Numbered from the whole stretch's first letter, positions 1 through 13,065 are shown. The stretch is DNA of 63,892 nucleotides, filler included, from Octopus bimaculoides (GCF_001194135.2; 8 parts of 7 records of this genome joined end to end with filler, not necessarily neighbours in it); one strand, 5' to 3'. The notes: generated by a model from the sequence alone, not told the origin. A program made the numbers and translations.

Positions 1-491
1 TTTAAAATTTACGACAAACAGTTTGCACGACTTCAGAAACGAATAAAAATTCATCACCAGCTGCCGAACAAAATCGTATTAAATTCAGAATAACAGAAAT
101 GAAAATAATTTCCTTCAGTAAAAAATTATCAAATTAATGAGTTTATATTTGAGCTTTTTAATTCTTACAAATCATCAAAAATCCAGGAACACCCACCTCA
201 ATATTCTTTGAAGACATTAATTATCATACATATGTTAACCACTGCGCCATATACCCGTGGGCATAATAATGTACATAATTCCTCATCTCTTAAATATAGA
301 GTTGTAGAATGAAGGTATCGTGAACGGCCTAGTTATATATACATATATACACGCATACACAACGACTTGGGTAACACATCCACTTTTAAATTTATTAAAG
401 GATTGATTATGTATCATAATTGCGTAATTATATAACATGACACTTCGTATATATGAAACAGCTGTTGAGTAGAATTACATTATATGCTTCT

Positions 492-1013
492 GAATTAGAC
501 GTAACGTATACGACAATTTCCAACCACTTGAAAGAGATTGGAAAAACAAAAATACAATTTCCAACCACTTGAAAGAGATGGGAAAAACAAAAATACTTGA
601 GAAATGGGTGCTGCACGTATTGAACGACAACAACAACAAAAAAACGCTGTTTTGAAGTGTCGTCTTCTCTTCTTTTACGCAACAAGAACGACCCGTTTCT
701 CGACTGGATTGTGGCTTGCGATGAAAAGTGAATTCTTTACGACAACCAGCGACGCTCAGCTTAGTGGTTGGACGCCAACGAAGTTCCACGGCACTTCCGG
801 AAGCCAAAGTTGCACCAAAAGAAGGTCATGGTAACTGTTTGGTGGTCTGCGGCCGGTCTCATCCATCACAGCTTTTTGGATCCAGGCGAAACCATTACGG
901 CGGAGAAGTACTGTCAGGAAATGGATGAAATGCATACGAAACTCCGACAACAACAGCCAGCATTGGTCAATAGAAAAGGACCAATTCTTCTCCACGACAA
1001 CGCTCGGCCGCAC
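492..1013 (+). mobile_element. Mariner (Hsmar1/SETMAR-like) transposase remnant, central part
   Basis: Translates with stops and frameshifts as ELDVTYTTISNHLKEIGKTK..EKWVLH (WVPHEL-like)...PFLDWIVACDEK*ILYDN...KPKLHQKKVMVTVWWSAAGLIHHSFLDPGETITAEKYCQEMD...GPILLHDNARPH. It ends in (GT)n and a gap. Confidence 0.93.
513..594 (+). repeat. 41-bp direct tandem duplication inside the mariner remnant
   Basis: acaatttccaaccacttgaaagagat(t/g)ggaaaaacaaaaat occurs at 513-553 and 554-594. Confidence 0.95.
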
Positions 1014-1294
1014 GTGTGTGTGTGTGTGTGTGTGTGTNNNNNNNNNNNNNNNNNNNNNNNNNNNNNNNNNNNNNNNNNNNNNNNNNNNNNNNNNNNNNNN
1101 NNNNNNNNNNNNNNNNNNNNNNNNNNNNNNNNNNNNNNNNNNNNNNNNNNNNNNNNNNNNNNNNNNNNNNNNNNNNNNNNNNNNNNNNNNNNNNNNNNNN
1201 NNNNNNNNNNNNNNNNNNNNNNNNNNNNNNNNNNNNNNNNNNNNNNNNNNNNNNNNNNNNNNNNNNNNNNNNNNNNNNNNNNNNNNNNNNNNNC

Positions 1295-1690
1295 ACCACT
1301 ACTACCACCACCACCGCCGCCACCACCACCACCACCACCATCACCATCACCACCACCATCACCAACAACAACACAACCACCACCAACACCACTATAATTA
1401 TCACCATCACAACCATCATCACTACCTCCAGCACCGTAATTTCGATAATTACCATTATCAAAAACACCACCAATGCTGCAATCATTATCGCCATGCAACT
1501 GTCATCACCACCACTAACATCGACAGCGACAACAATAAAATAACAACACCTACATCACTACATCACCACCATCATCTGGGTAGGGCCATGACCACCACCA
1601 CCAGCACCACCACCAGCACCACCACCAGCACCACCACCACCATCACCACCAACAACAACAACAACAAAAACCACAATAAGGACATAGCAT
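1295..1690. repeat. Low-complexity (CAC/CAT/CAA)n trinucleotide mosaic
   Basis: Imperfect CAC/ACC/AAC runs that give poly-H/T/P pseudo-ORFs. Confidence 0.9.
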
Positions 1691-1988
1691 CATCACTCAG
1701 TAGTATTGATTTAAATTTTGACACAAGACCAATAAGCTTGGAGTAAGTCGGTTACATATACCCCAGTGTATCACTGGTACTTATTCTACCGAGTCCGAAA
1801 GGATGAAGGGCAACGTTGAAAGAAAAGACGGTTGAAATTCCGCCGAGCATAATATCCGGCTAATAGTTCTACCAGTCCGTCACATACTATCGCTAATCTC
1901 TTTAGATAATCAACAAAATCCAATTACCTATGGTCAGCCTCCAACGACTTGCTCAACTGGTTAAGGTCAAGCAAATCTGTGGAGCTGA

Positions 1989-2095
1989 GCAGAATATTTG
2001 CAGTGACTCATTTTCTTCACACTGAAACAAAACATCTACATGGTAAGACTTCCACTCAGTTAAGATCAGAAGCCATGAGAGCCCTGGTATTGCAC
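1989..2095 (+). repeat. Unclassified dispersed repeat, copy 1 (inverted copy at 34504-34613)
   Basis: cagttaagatcagaagccatgagagcc...ggtattgca matches the reverse complement of 34504-34613. Confidence 0.7.
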
Positions 2096-3698
2096 AAGTA
2101 TGTATGTATGTATGTATGTATGTATGTATATGTGTAGATTTGTATGTTTTGTTTTATGTATGAATTCTCATGCATATAGTTGCATATCTAGACATGCTCA
2201 TATATATTCAAATGATAAACCTCTGGAAAGTTTTACAGATTTTTACAGTTCCAGTGATGGATTGGATCTGTAGTCTTCTAGTTAGCTTTCTCCTTTCTGG
2301 TTTTGAGAAGCCTAATTTGTCAAGTATGTATGTATGTATGTATGTATTTAAAATTACTCTTTTTTACAAAAATATTTTCCTGTCATACTAATATGATGTA
2401 GACAGGTCATATTTCCTCATGTTTCGCGATCAGAAATTTTCATAAAAAGCTGGTAAATCATTTTGACTTTAGAGGAGTGATATAAAATTTCCTCCCTTCA
2501 TAATAAGATTTAAGAAAAATAAATGAAATGGCTATGAAACGTTGGTGGTTACCTAGACTCTAAAAGAAAATCAACGCCGACTCCATAATTTTGACTCTTC
2601 GTATTACAGAGAACTCTGACTCCAGCGATTTTTGTATTACTGTACTGGTGTCAGTCATTGGTATGTTGAGGCAACACATTCAAAATTTAGTCGATCAACT
2701 ATCATCTCCAACTATTAGCTTATCTGTGCGTATTAATTCAACTCCTAACGTACGCAACATCATCGCCCGATTGTTAAAAAGGATTACCGGTAATCTGAGT
2801 CCGGTAGAGCTAGGTTTATGTAAGAAGCCTGCGTAACTTTAAGTCGCATGGAGCTGAGTAAAATTGTTTTACATAATAATATATATGTGATGCAGAAACG
2901 GGCAATTAAACATTGTGCTATATCTATATACATTCACTGCAGTAATCGTTCTTTCAGTTTAAAATAAATAGCAAAATCTCAATAATTCCAATTTTACTAT
3001 ATTTTCATAAAAATGTAATTTGTATAGTCTATTTTTATAGCTTTAGCGCGGCTGTCATCTCTTCTTAATCAAATCAAACAGCTAACGCTTATACACTCTG
3101 ATGTCTATATCCCGTCTCCATCTTTTCTTTGTCACTTTCTGTCTACATTAAAATATCAAACACACGAATCGCCATCTTTATGTCGTTGAATACTTTCTTT
3201 TGTTGTTGGCTGTGATTGGTGTTGTTGTTCGTGTCGAGGTTTGTTAGTCATTGGCATCATTCTTTTTTTTTTTGATTAAGAATTATTTATAAGTTGTTTT
3301 TATTACTATTATTTACGCTCTGAGTTCAGCTTTTTGCTTTTCACACTTTCGGAGTCGATAAAAGTAAAGTACCATTGGAGTGATGTAATTTACTAAACGA
3401 ATTTCCTAAATTTGAGGTTTGTGCATGAGAAAGAAATCAATGTACAGTAAATATTTGATATACAAAATCCAGCTAACATCATCAGGATTAGATTGTGACT
3501 GTGTACTCGTATGCGGAAGTATCAGTGACTTCAATTTCGTAGGCTTAGAAGGATATTAGATAACTACATTGTGGAGTAAATAAGAGTAATGCTGCCGATA
3601 CACGAAGGAAGCAGTCTCAACACAGTTTTAGATCAGAACTTAAAACTCTTGTCAAATGCTGAAAAAAAAAACAACCCAGAAATGTCATAAATAAATAT

Positions 3699-3900
3699 GG
3701 GCACAAGGCCAGCAATGTCGGGGGTAAATCGATTGCATCGGAACCAATGCTCAACTGGTACTTATTTTATCGATCACCCATGGAAAGAGGAAAAGAAAAG
3801 TTAACCTGGGTGGAATTTGAACCCACAACGCAAAGACGGACGAAATGCCGCTTGGCATTTTGTTCGGCATGCTAATGATTCTGCCAGTTCGCTGCCTTAA
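3699..3900 (-). mobile_element. tRNA-head SINE family A, diverged copy
   Basis: Matches the multi-copy consensus in this window (ggcagaatcgttagcacgcc...ctttcatcctttcggggtcgataaattaagtaccag). Confidence 0.8.
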
Positions 3901-4219
3901 GAATGAATAATTATAAAAAGTTTCTGTTTAAAAACGCACCATATTTTGTACATCCCCATCCGTAACTGTTACAGGTTTTTCCAACCAAGGATATTTTGTC
4001 AGTGGACGATGAAGGTAGGATATATGGGTTGACCGCAATTTGAAATTGTTTTAGCACGTCGGGTATCTTTACCAGAGCGATGTCAAAATAATGGTAATCT
4101 GTAAAAGATACAAAATATATAAAAAGGAAATTTGGAAATACAATGGCTTGGGGTTAAAAACGGAAGAACTCTTTGCCAATCAGGCGTTTGTTGGCATGCT
4201 AGACGGTCCCGTTTGAGTG

Positions 4220-4284
<65 letters not shown>

Positions 4285-4889
4285 TTAGCAATGTGTATTT
4301 ATTTGCAATAACATTAAGGAGACAGTGTGGCAATAGTGAGCTACCAGACGACAAATAGAGAACGAATGACAGTAGAAGCAACATAAAAGTAGAGGGATGG
4401 ACTGCTTATTACCTCCCCTGAGTAGAGAAAGTGTGAGAGGATTAACATAGGAGTTCGTCAGAGTAAGAGATTAGATTTACGTTGCCTTAAGCAAGACGAG
4501 AATTAGTAACAAACTTAAATTACTGGTGAATAACTATGGCAAACAAAGAAATTCTTATGGAGCCGTTTTGCAAAAAATATTATGAAAAAAATGTCTAGAA
4601 CCATGATAATTTAAACCTTGCAACGGTTTGTAATTAACATTGTAATATTTTTAGAAATATAGTAGCATCGTTTCGATATAAGCGTGCATAATTTTCATTA
4701 TACAGTTCAGTGCACAGTAAAAATTGTTATAAATAACTTTCAAAAATTTTTGCCAGCAAACATGGTTCTGTATTTTTGTATAATGTTGAGATCATCGTTC
4801 AAACTTGCCAATTATTGATCTTCGCCTTTAAGACCACAATGTAGTATTTTACTATAGAATAAAAAATGTGAAATTTACTAAGATATTTA

Positions 4890-5260
4890 GAAGCTTCCTA
4901 ATCACATGGTTCCGGGTGCAGTCCCACTGCGTGGTACTTTGAGCAAGTGTCTTCTACTATGGCCTCCAGCCGCCTAACGCCGTGTGAATGGATTTGGTAA
5001 ACGGAAACTGAAAGAAGCCCGTCGTGTATGTGTGTGTGTTTGCGTTTGTGTTTGTCCTCCCCCACAATCGGTTCTCCCTTGACAATCAGTGTTTCTGTGT
5101 TTAGATCCCCGTAACTTAACGGTTCGGCAGACCGATAGAATAAATAGAAGGCTTTAAAAAGAAAAGTGCTGGCCTCGATTCATCCGACTAAAGATTATGC
5201 AAGGCGGTGCTCCAGCATGGCCGCACTCTAATGACTGAAACAAGTGACAAATAAAAGAGA
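4890..5260 (+). mobile_element. SINE family C
   Basis: tRNA-like B-box region (catggttccgggtgcagtccc), internal (GT)n and tail aaggcggtgctccagcatggccgc...gactgaaacaag. Related pieces lie at 39849-40280 and 61860-62095. Confidence 0.7.
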
Positions 5261-5263
5261 AAG

Positions 5264-5536
5264 GATAACATAGACGCCGCTCGGGCTCGAAAGATTGACC
5301 GTTATGTAAACCTCCTCGAGAAATGTAAAGACACAGGCTGGAAAGCGGAGCATTTTCCAATCGAAGTCGGATGTAGAGGGTTTGTTGGACACAATGTGAG
5401 ACGACTGCTGTTATCGTTAGGCCTAACTCATCGTAAGGTAAATACCACCATGACCGATATCCAAACTACAGTGGAGAAGGCTAGCCTCTGGATTTGGTTA
5501 AAAAGAGACGAAGAGCGATGGTTAGAAGAATATTGA
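5264..5536 (+). mobile_element. 3' end of an RLE-type non-LTR retrotransposon (HERO/NeSL-like), 5'-truncated
   Basis: 90 stop-free codons without ATG: DNIDAARARKIDRYVNLLEKCKDTGWKAEHFPIEVGCRGFVGHN...VEKASLWIWLKRDEERW*. The PIEVGCRGF and ASxWxW motifs are typical of the HERO-type RLE C-terminus. Probable 3' UTR to ~5660. Confidence 0.8.
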
Positions 5537-6058
5537 ACTATATCTGATAACCAGTTAATATAGCAAGCGGGGTCTCATATCTGTGAAGCCGTCGAGGGAT
5601 AGGCCCCGAAACGGCGCGCATTCTCTCCTGATGACCCCATACACTTGCTGGCTTCCGGTATGCGGAGTTCTCGACTGGTAGCGCTTGCATGTGCGAGTTG
5701 TTTGCAAAACATCTCAATGCTTTCATTTCCTCATTCCAATGAATGCACCATTTTCTAGAATTAATGCAGCTGTTGTCTCTCTTGACGACACGCACGCACA
5801 CACACGCACGCACACGCACACAGACACATACACACACACACACACACACACATACACACACACACTCAGACGGACAGACACACACGCACTCAGATAGACA
5901 GACAGACACACATAAACACACACATATATATGAATGTGTGTCTGTATGTTTACAGATATAGAGTGGGAAGAAAAAGCAGGATGCACACACACACACATTT
6001 TCGTTCCATTTGTTTTGTATTGATCCGCGGCACACGGACACACGGACACACTAGATAC

Positions 6059-6121
6059 ACAAAGCGGAATGTTGGCGACATATACAGCGTATACTTATAT
6101 GTCGCCAACATTCCGTTTTGT
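6059..6121. other. Near-perfect inverted repeat / hairpin
   Basis: Arms cggaatgttggcgacatata (6065-6084) and tatatgtcgccaacattccg (6096-6115) are exact complements with an 11-nt loop. The stem extends to 26 bp with one G:U pair. Confidence 0.9.
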
Positions 6122-6464
6122 TTTTACCAGTTGGTGGGAATCGAGGATCTTATCCACATATCGAAGCATTATACCATTCCCCGGATTAATTATAATATAT
6201 ACATATCTGCTTCGCTTGTTATCTTCGAAATTCTTCCATTCCGTCCTGCTTTGTTCAGAGCGGGACATAGAATGGCCCTCATTAATTTAACTAATCGGAT
6301 CTATGAGAATTTCCCTGATTAATTTAATTAATCAGGGCTGTACATATAATTACATTAATCAGGGCTATTCGTATTTAATTAATTTTGAGCTTCTCTTTAA
6401 GACTTTTATATAATATACATTCCTCCCTTTTTTATATAAATTATGTGTTGTGTGTAGAATATGC

Positions 6465-6644
<180 letters not shown>

Positions 6645-9180
6645 GGTGTTTTATTGATGCTGAAGAACTTTATAAACTGTTTCTCCGAGTTTCACGAAAG
6701 CGTTCTTCGGGCAGAACAATTCAATGGTTTATAGATGTTTGTAAACCATGCAGTGATAATTATTTAGTGTTTCATCAAACAAATATTTAAAGCTGATTAA
6801 ATATGAAGTTATGACATTTCAGATGTAATGGAATTTGTTGGATAATACGATTGACATTTCAGAAGAATTTAAAAATGAAAAACGAGTAAAGGAAAGGCGA
6901 ACAAAAGCAAATAAACCGAATCGCATTGTACTGGTACAGAATATTTGTTATATTATTTGTTATATAAAGGAGGAATGAAAAATCGGTTTAGAAATTAAGG
7001 AATTAGGAATTTTAAAACATTAGGAACGAATTAGTACTACAAATAAATGAACTTGTTATAGAGATTGAAAGAGATTGAAAGAGCGTTTGTATCAGACAAC
7101 ATAAAGAAAAGGGAAAACTAATTAGAAATGGGGACAGACGCTAAACGTTGATACTAGCCATACATACTATACCATATAGAGATACATGTATATATATGTA
7201 TATATGCATAGGAAAGGAGAGGAAAGATTAAAAAACATGTATTGAAATGAGAAATTAGATAGAGAGTTGTATTCTACCCATAGGGTATAATGAAAACAAA
7301 AACAAGATGAACATACAAATAGAAAATCAATTATTAAAATAAGGGACGAAATACGATTTGTAACGTATGAGAGGACATGATAAGAATCCAAGGAATTCAG
7401 TCAATTTTTATTTGGAGCAATAATTTTAATGAGAGTAACTTAAAATCGAAAGCCGTATGTATAACCTGTTATATGATCGAGAGAAAGCCATGTAAAAGCC
7501 AAAAGATCGTATCGAGATGAAATATGATGATAGGAAAGAAGGAGTCGAAGACAGAATAAGAACAAAACTTACATCTTTAAAACAATAATGATAAAAACAA
7601 TTTTCATTACAGAGAAATGGTACTTAATCCCTTTTGTAGAAAGGGCCACGAAATCTTTTGATTTCAAAAAATGTCTGCAACAGTTCAATTATTGAAATTG
7701 TACATAACGGCACAAACTTCAACCCAACTTTAAATATGCCATGAAAACTTAAAATCTCTACAAATTTTTGACCTCAAAATCATTGCTGATTTCTCTAGAA
7801 GAACTGACAAAAGTATTCCATCAAACCTACGTCTCAACCACTAGCCTAATGTTTTAGACTTAGAAAATACCAAAGCACCTAAATGAAGCGTACAAGAGAA
7901 TATTGCTCCTTTAGACACATACAGCATCATTGGACTAATTCAAAATAAAGTCATTTGGCAAGAATTCCTTCGTTCAATGCCTTCTAACCGACGAACAGAC
8001 ACATTAGCAACTCACGCTGGTGCTTTTGTTACCATTACAATAGGTTTTGGTCCTCAACGCTAGCTGTTTGCTTATTACCTCGATGCAGGGCTTCCCGTCA
8101 TATCCGTCTTTTCTCGTCAGAACATCGGTTCTCTGAAATGAAGTTCCTTACCACATTTCTCCACACACTCGTAGACTTGTAACTGGTCAAACTAAAAATC
8201 AACTGAATCACTCTTACCAATGTAGAAAGGTCTGCGAAGGTCACGGGCACAATCCCTTTCTTCTGTATAAAGCTATAAAAGCACCCAACCGTTTTAGAAT
8301 AAATGGAGGGGTCACAAAGGACAGGGCAGACAGAACGGTGACGATGGGATGTCTTTCGTAAAAGAACTGCTTAATCAAGGAAGACGACCAAGGATGACAA
8401 CCAACCAATGCATTAATTAGCTCGGTTACCCATCTAGAGCAACTCTACCAGCCATCTCTACCTGCCAACCCAACCAAGCCAACCAGGCCAGCCAACCAAC
8501 CAACCAACCAACCAACAAACCAACCAACCAACCAGCCAACCGGCTAATATGCGATGTTGAATTATTATCATAAGAAATAAGCAGTCAATCAATAGAGGAA
8601 CAGGTCCTGCGGTTAGGTTTTAACGAGACGAAATCNNNNNNNNNNNNNNNNNNNNNNNNNNNNNNNNNNNNNNNNNNNNNNNNNNNNNNNNNNNNNNNNN
8701 NNNNNNNNNNNNNNNNNNNNNNNNNNNNNNNNNNNNNNNNNNNNNNNGGGGGGGGGGGAATGAAAGTGGAGAGAAAGGAGATGGGAAAGATAGGAAGGAG
8801 GAATGGAAAGAGGAGGAATAGTGAGAGAGTTGATATGAGAGAGGTAAGAGGGAGAGAAGAAAGGTGGATGGATGGGAATAATGAGGAGGAGGAGGAGAAC
8901 GAATAAAAACAGAGAGAGTGAGAAGAGGGTGTGTGTGCGTGTGTGGGAAAGAGAGCGATAGAAGGAAATATAAAAGGAGGAAAAAGTTAGGATCGAGAGA
9001 GAGAGATAGAGAAAGAGAGAGAGAGAGACAGAGGGAGAGAGAAGGAGAGAGAGGGAGAGAGAGGGAGAGAGAGGGAGAGAGAGAAAGTGAGAGGGAGAGA
9101 GAGAAAGTGAGAGGGAGAGAGAGAAAGTGAGAGGGANNNNNNNNNNNNNNNNNNNNNNNNNNNNNNNNNNNNNNNNNNNN

Positions 9181-9192
9181 TTAATTAATTAA
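9181..9192. other. Artificial scaffold linker (44N-TTAATTAATTAA-44N)
   Basis: Six-frame-stop word centred in a 100-base gap. Confidence 0.95.
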
Positions 9193-9236
9193 NNNNNNNN
9201 NNNNNNNNNNNNNNNNNNNNNNNNNNNNNNNNNNNN

Positions 9237-9263
9237 TGAAAGCACGTTATAAAAATAAAACTA

Positions 9264-9268
<5 letters not shown>
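9237..9268 (+). mobile_element. 3' terminal stub of R4/Dong-like family 1
   Basis: tgaaagcacgttataaaaataaaactactgaa is identical to the 3' end of the 9351-9540 copy and is followed by (TAA)n. Confidence 0.85.
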
Positions 9269-9349
<81 letters not shown>

Positions 9350-9350
9350 T

Positions 9351-9540
9351 AACACCAGGACTTACAAATATATATAACATACAGAAAATTGCACTACTGG
9401 GCACTGCGCACATCCTACGCAAAACACTTTCAATACAGTAACCATAAGAGCACCACAGCAAACCACAGCACATACCCAAGGCACACAGAGCTGTGCTCGG
9501 CAGTGAAGTGAAAGCACGTTATAAAAATAAAACTACTGAA
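9351..9540 (+). mobile_element. R4/Dong-like RLE LINE family 1, 5'-truncated 3' end
   Basis: Encodes ..TPGLTNIYNIQKIALLGTAHILRKTLSIQ* then the 3' UTR, with (AAT)n on both sides. It is nearly identical to the 3' end of 41349-42154, which carries the CCHC/RLE region. Confidence 0.85.
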
Positions 9541-9557
9541 TAATAATAATAATAATA

Positions 9558-10950
9558 AATGCGCGTAACAAAGTGTTGGCTATAAATTCCTTAGCAGTTC
9601 CGATTGTTATTTATAGTTTCAAAGTGTCGAACTGGAATATGAGCGAAATAAGGAAGATTGACAGGAAAATGCGTAAACTGTTGACTTGCAATAAGATCCA
9701 CCAGCCAAAAACAAGCGCAGATCGTCTTTACCTACCCTGAGCTCAAGGATGTCGAGGCTTGATCGAATTTGAATTCATCTACAAAACCACCACAATTGGA
9801 CTGGCAAGGTATCTTGAAATATCTAACGACTGAATGCTAAAGCTCGTTGAAAACTATGAAAGACGTAAGAATCTTCATTCTGTTATGAAGGAGAGCAAAA
9901 AATTTCAAGCGAGTTTATGCATAATACCCAGGTTGAACAGCATGAGCGAAGTGCAGCAACTGTAGTTGCAAAGAATGTGAAATCAATAGCAAAGCAAAAT
10001 GCGTTTGAACAATTGACTGATAGGTGGGAACAAAAACCTCTGCATGGCAAGTATGTGGTCCGTAACAAACAAGCTGATTTAGACCTGAAGCACACCCATC
10101 AGTGACTACGGAGCTCAAGGCTAAAAGCAAAGTGTGAAGGCTTTGTCTTGGCTGCCCAAGATCAGAGCTTATTGACTCGGAACTATCAAACCAATATGAT
10201 GAAAAATGGTGTAGACACAAAGTGCTGATACTGCAACGATGGGATAGAAACAGTCGACAACCTAATCTCTGGATGTAAGGTTTTATCACATGTGGAGTAT
10301 ACATTAAGACATGACAGATTTGGCGAGTATCTACATTGGATAATGTGCCGGCGTTATAGAATCAAAACTGCTGAGAAATGGTACAAGTCTTACTTTGAGG
10401 TTGTAACAGAGGGGAAAAAAAGGTAACTATTCTTTGGGACTTCCCAGTACGTACAAATCAGACCATCAAGGAAAATAAACCAGATATTGTTGTGTAAGAC
10501 AAAAGCAATAAAGTCTGTTTTTATTGATTGACATGAGCCTATCTTCTGACCATAATACCTCGGTGAAAGAATTTCATAAGCTCAGAAAATAACAAAATTT
10601 ACTAATCGAAAAGTTGCGGCATCTCATGGCGTTTACAATACCAGTAATTGTAGGAGCCCTTGGAATGATAAAAAAAAAAAGGAACTGAAAATTATTCCTG
10701 GCTTACCCTCCATGCACGTCACACGTACTGAGAAGAGCATTGTCGCTCTGAATTTTCATTACTTTTCCCACTTTTATTTTATTTGTTTACTTTTCTATTT
10801 TCTATTTATCCCTTTTCTCTATCACATGACTCTGTAAATGATCTATCTGGTGTGTTTGTTTTAATGGCCTACCAAAGTATACAGTATGCTTCTCTGCCCT
10901 AGGTGTCAGGAAGACACTCGGCAAAAATGGAAACAGAATTGAAAGATGTT
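9558..10950 (+). mobile_element. R4/Dong-like RLE LINE family 2, degraded 3' third
   Basis: NARNKVLAINSLAVPIVIYSF..DRLYLP*AQGCRGL; EGFVLAAQDQSL; C*YC..ETVDNLISGC..RHD zinc finger; ILWDF..NKPDIVV..LID RLE motif; IPVIVGALG. Ends in an (AAC)n(AAT)n tail. Confidence 0.9.
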
Positions 10951-11038
<88 letters not shown>

Positions 11039-11090
11039 GTAATCACAATAACAGCAACAATAACGTCAACAACAACAACAATAATAATAA
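10951..11090. repeat. (AAC)n(AAT)n microsatellite (tail/target of the R4-like element)
   Basis: Direct reading. Confidence 0.95.
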
Positions 11091-11099
11091 TGGTTTCCA

Positions 11100-11307
11100 A
11101 TTTTGCCATATGGGTAACAATTTTAGGAGCGGGCATGAATCAGTTAGATCGATCCCGGTATGGTATTCAACTGATACTTATTTTATCGATCCCGAAAGAA
11201 TGTAAAGCAAATTTGACCTTGGGGGAATTTGAAATCAGAACGTGAAAACGGACGAAATACCACTAAGCATTTTGCCCTGCGTGCTAACGATTCTGCTAGT
11301 TCGCCGC

Positions 11308-11310
<3 letters not shown>
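11100..11310 (-). mobile_element. SINE family A
   Basis: Matches the family A consensus on the minus strand. Confidence 0.8.
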
Positions 11311-11374
<64 letters not shown>

Positions 11375-12152
11375 GCAATAACAACAACAACATTAAAAAC
11401 AACAATCACAACAACAACACAACAACAATAATAATAATAATCTGATTTGGAAAAATAAGTATGTTGGCACACACATTGACACCCCTTTTTGATTTCATTC
11501 TCCCTACTTCCTGCCTCGATTAACGACTTTATCGAATTCTAGGAATAACATTACATGTTAGTCCAATTAAAGCAACAGAATCCATTCACCCCAGCTATAC
11601 CCAGAGCAACAGATATCTCCACTTCCCCGGCGCAGAAGCTGCTACCCAACTAATACTTATAGCAGTGTAAGCAATACTGAGATTGCACTGTGAAACCCTC
11701 TCCTTCAAAATAGTACTTTGTGTTGCCTATGCAGAGTAAATGACAAGTAAATGTGACCGTGGCCAAATTTTCAACTCGCAATATGAAAGCCCTTAAAGCT
11801 CTACTGCACAACATATTGTCTGACGTTCTATTCTAACAATACATTTCTTTTCATTTGCCTAAAATAGTACCACTCTTTTTCTTTTCTCTAGTAATCCTAA
11901 TAATGGTGACTGTGCTGACTGCTCCAATGAACCATGGTCGAAATTCACACCCAAAAACCAGAAATATTTTGTGATTGACAAGAAAACAAAGATGGAGAAT
12001 AAGGATACGTCTATGTACAATGTATGTGGCTTTTGGTCAGATCTTCTTCCTGAATTAAAGGAACGTTCTTGTCCAGGTAACTTTCCTATGTTTCCTTCAA
12101 TAAATTTCTTTGCTGCTTTATCATATGTCCACAGGTCTATACACGTACATGA

Positions 12153-12193
<41 letters not shown>

Positions 12194-13065
12194 CCTTTTG
12201 CTCTCTGTGTCTCTTTCTCACACTTTATATATATATAGCAATCCGTAGTAAATATAAAAACAACTTTCAGGGACTATAATGGTTTATTGAGACGGAAAAA
12301 TTGTGGATCTTTTTCGTATCGAAGTACGATAAACCGAAAAACGTCCTTTTTATATTTCACGGTGGGCGACCAGGGTTGCTGGTATGCGAATAAGAGTACA
12401 ATAGTTAAGGAATGGAGTAGATAAGATCCGGGCTACATACGTTTCATGGCGATCGGAACTTCGGAAGTGGTAAATATCCAAGCGAGGTCTGTACCGCAGG
12501 CTACTCTTCAGGCCAAGGATATTTTGATTAAATGGAAGTTTACATTGTGGCAAGGAGGCACGTTTTTACACATGGGAGATTGAATCCGAATGTGTAGAGA
12601 GCCCAGGTTCACTCTCGGTTGATGGAGTTAGCCAATAAGCACAATGGCTTTTGCTTCCCCCAAAACTGAGGTCATCACATTCACTGCAGATGAAACGACC
12701 ATAGTCTTGTTTAGAGTAGGTGAAGAGGGGTGTTTCGACTGTATGGATTATATCTTTCAGACAGTGTGATAGGCTTGGATGAAGGAGATACAGAATCTGT
12801 TCTATCGACCATGTACACATATGATATATTTCAAATACATGCGGTAATTATTTGCTATAATTACAATATGATACAATTAAAGATGAATATTTTATTCCAT
12901 CGTATTTTTCAGTACCAAGTGGATCACAGAATATTTGGACTTTTCAAGGAAGAATACTAACCACTTTTAGTTTCATTTTCTTCTCTTTGATGTTGTTCTG
13001 GAACATTTTGTGTTGATGCTACTTCAGTTAATTACATCAGTCAATTATGGTCTGATTACAGGGCT

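Noticed and set aside
2591-2836. 81-aa plus-strand ORF in unique sequence
   Set aside because: TTG start, no motif and no convincing splice sites. The length is within chance expectation.
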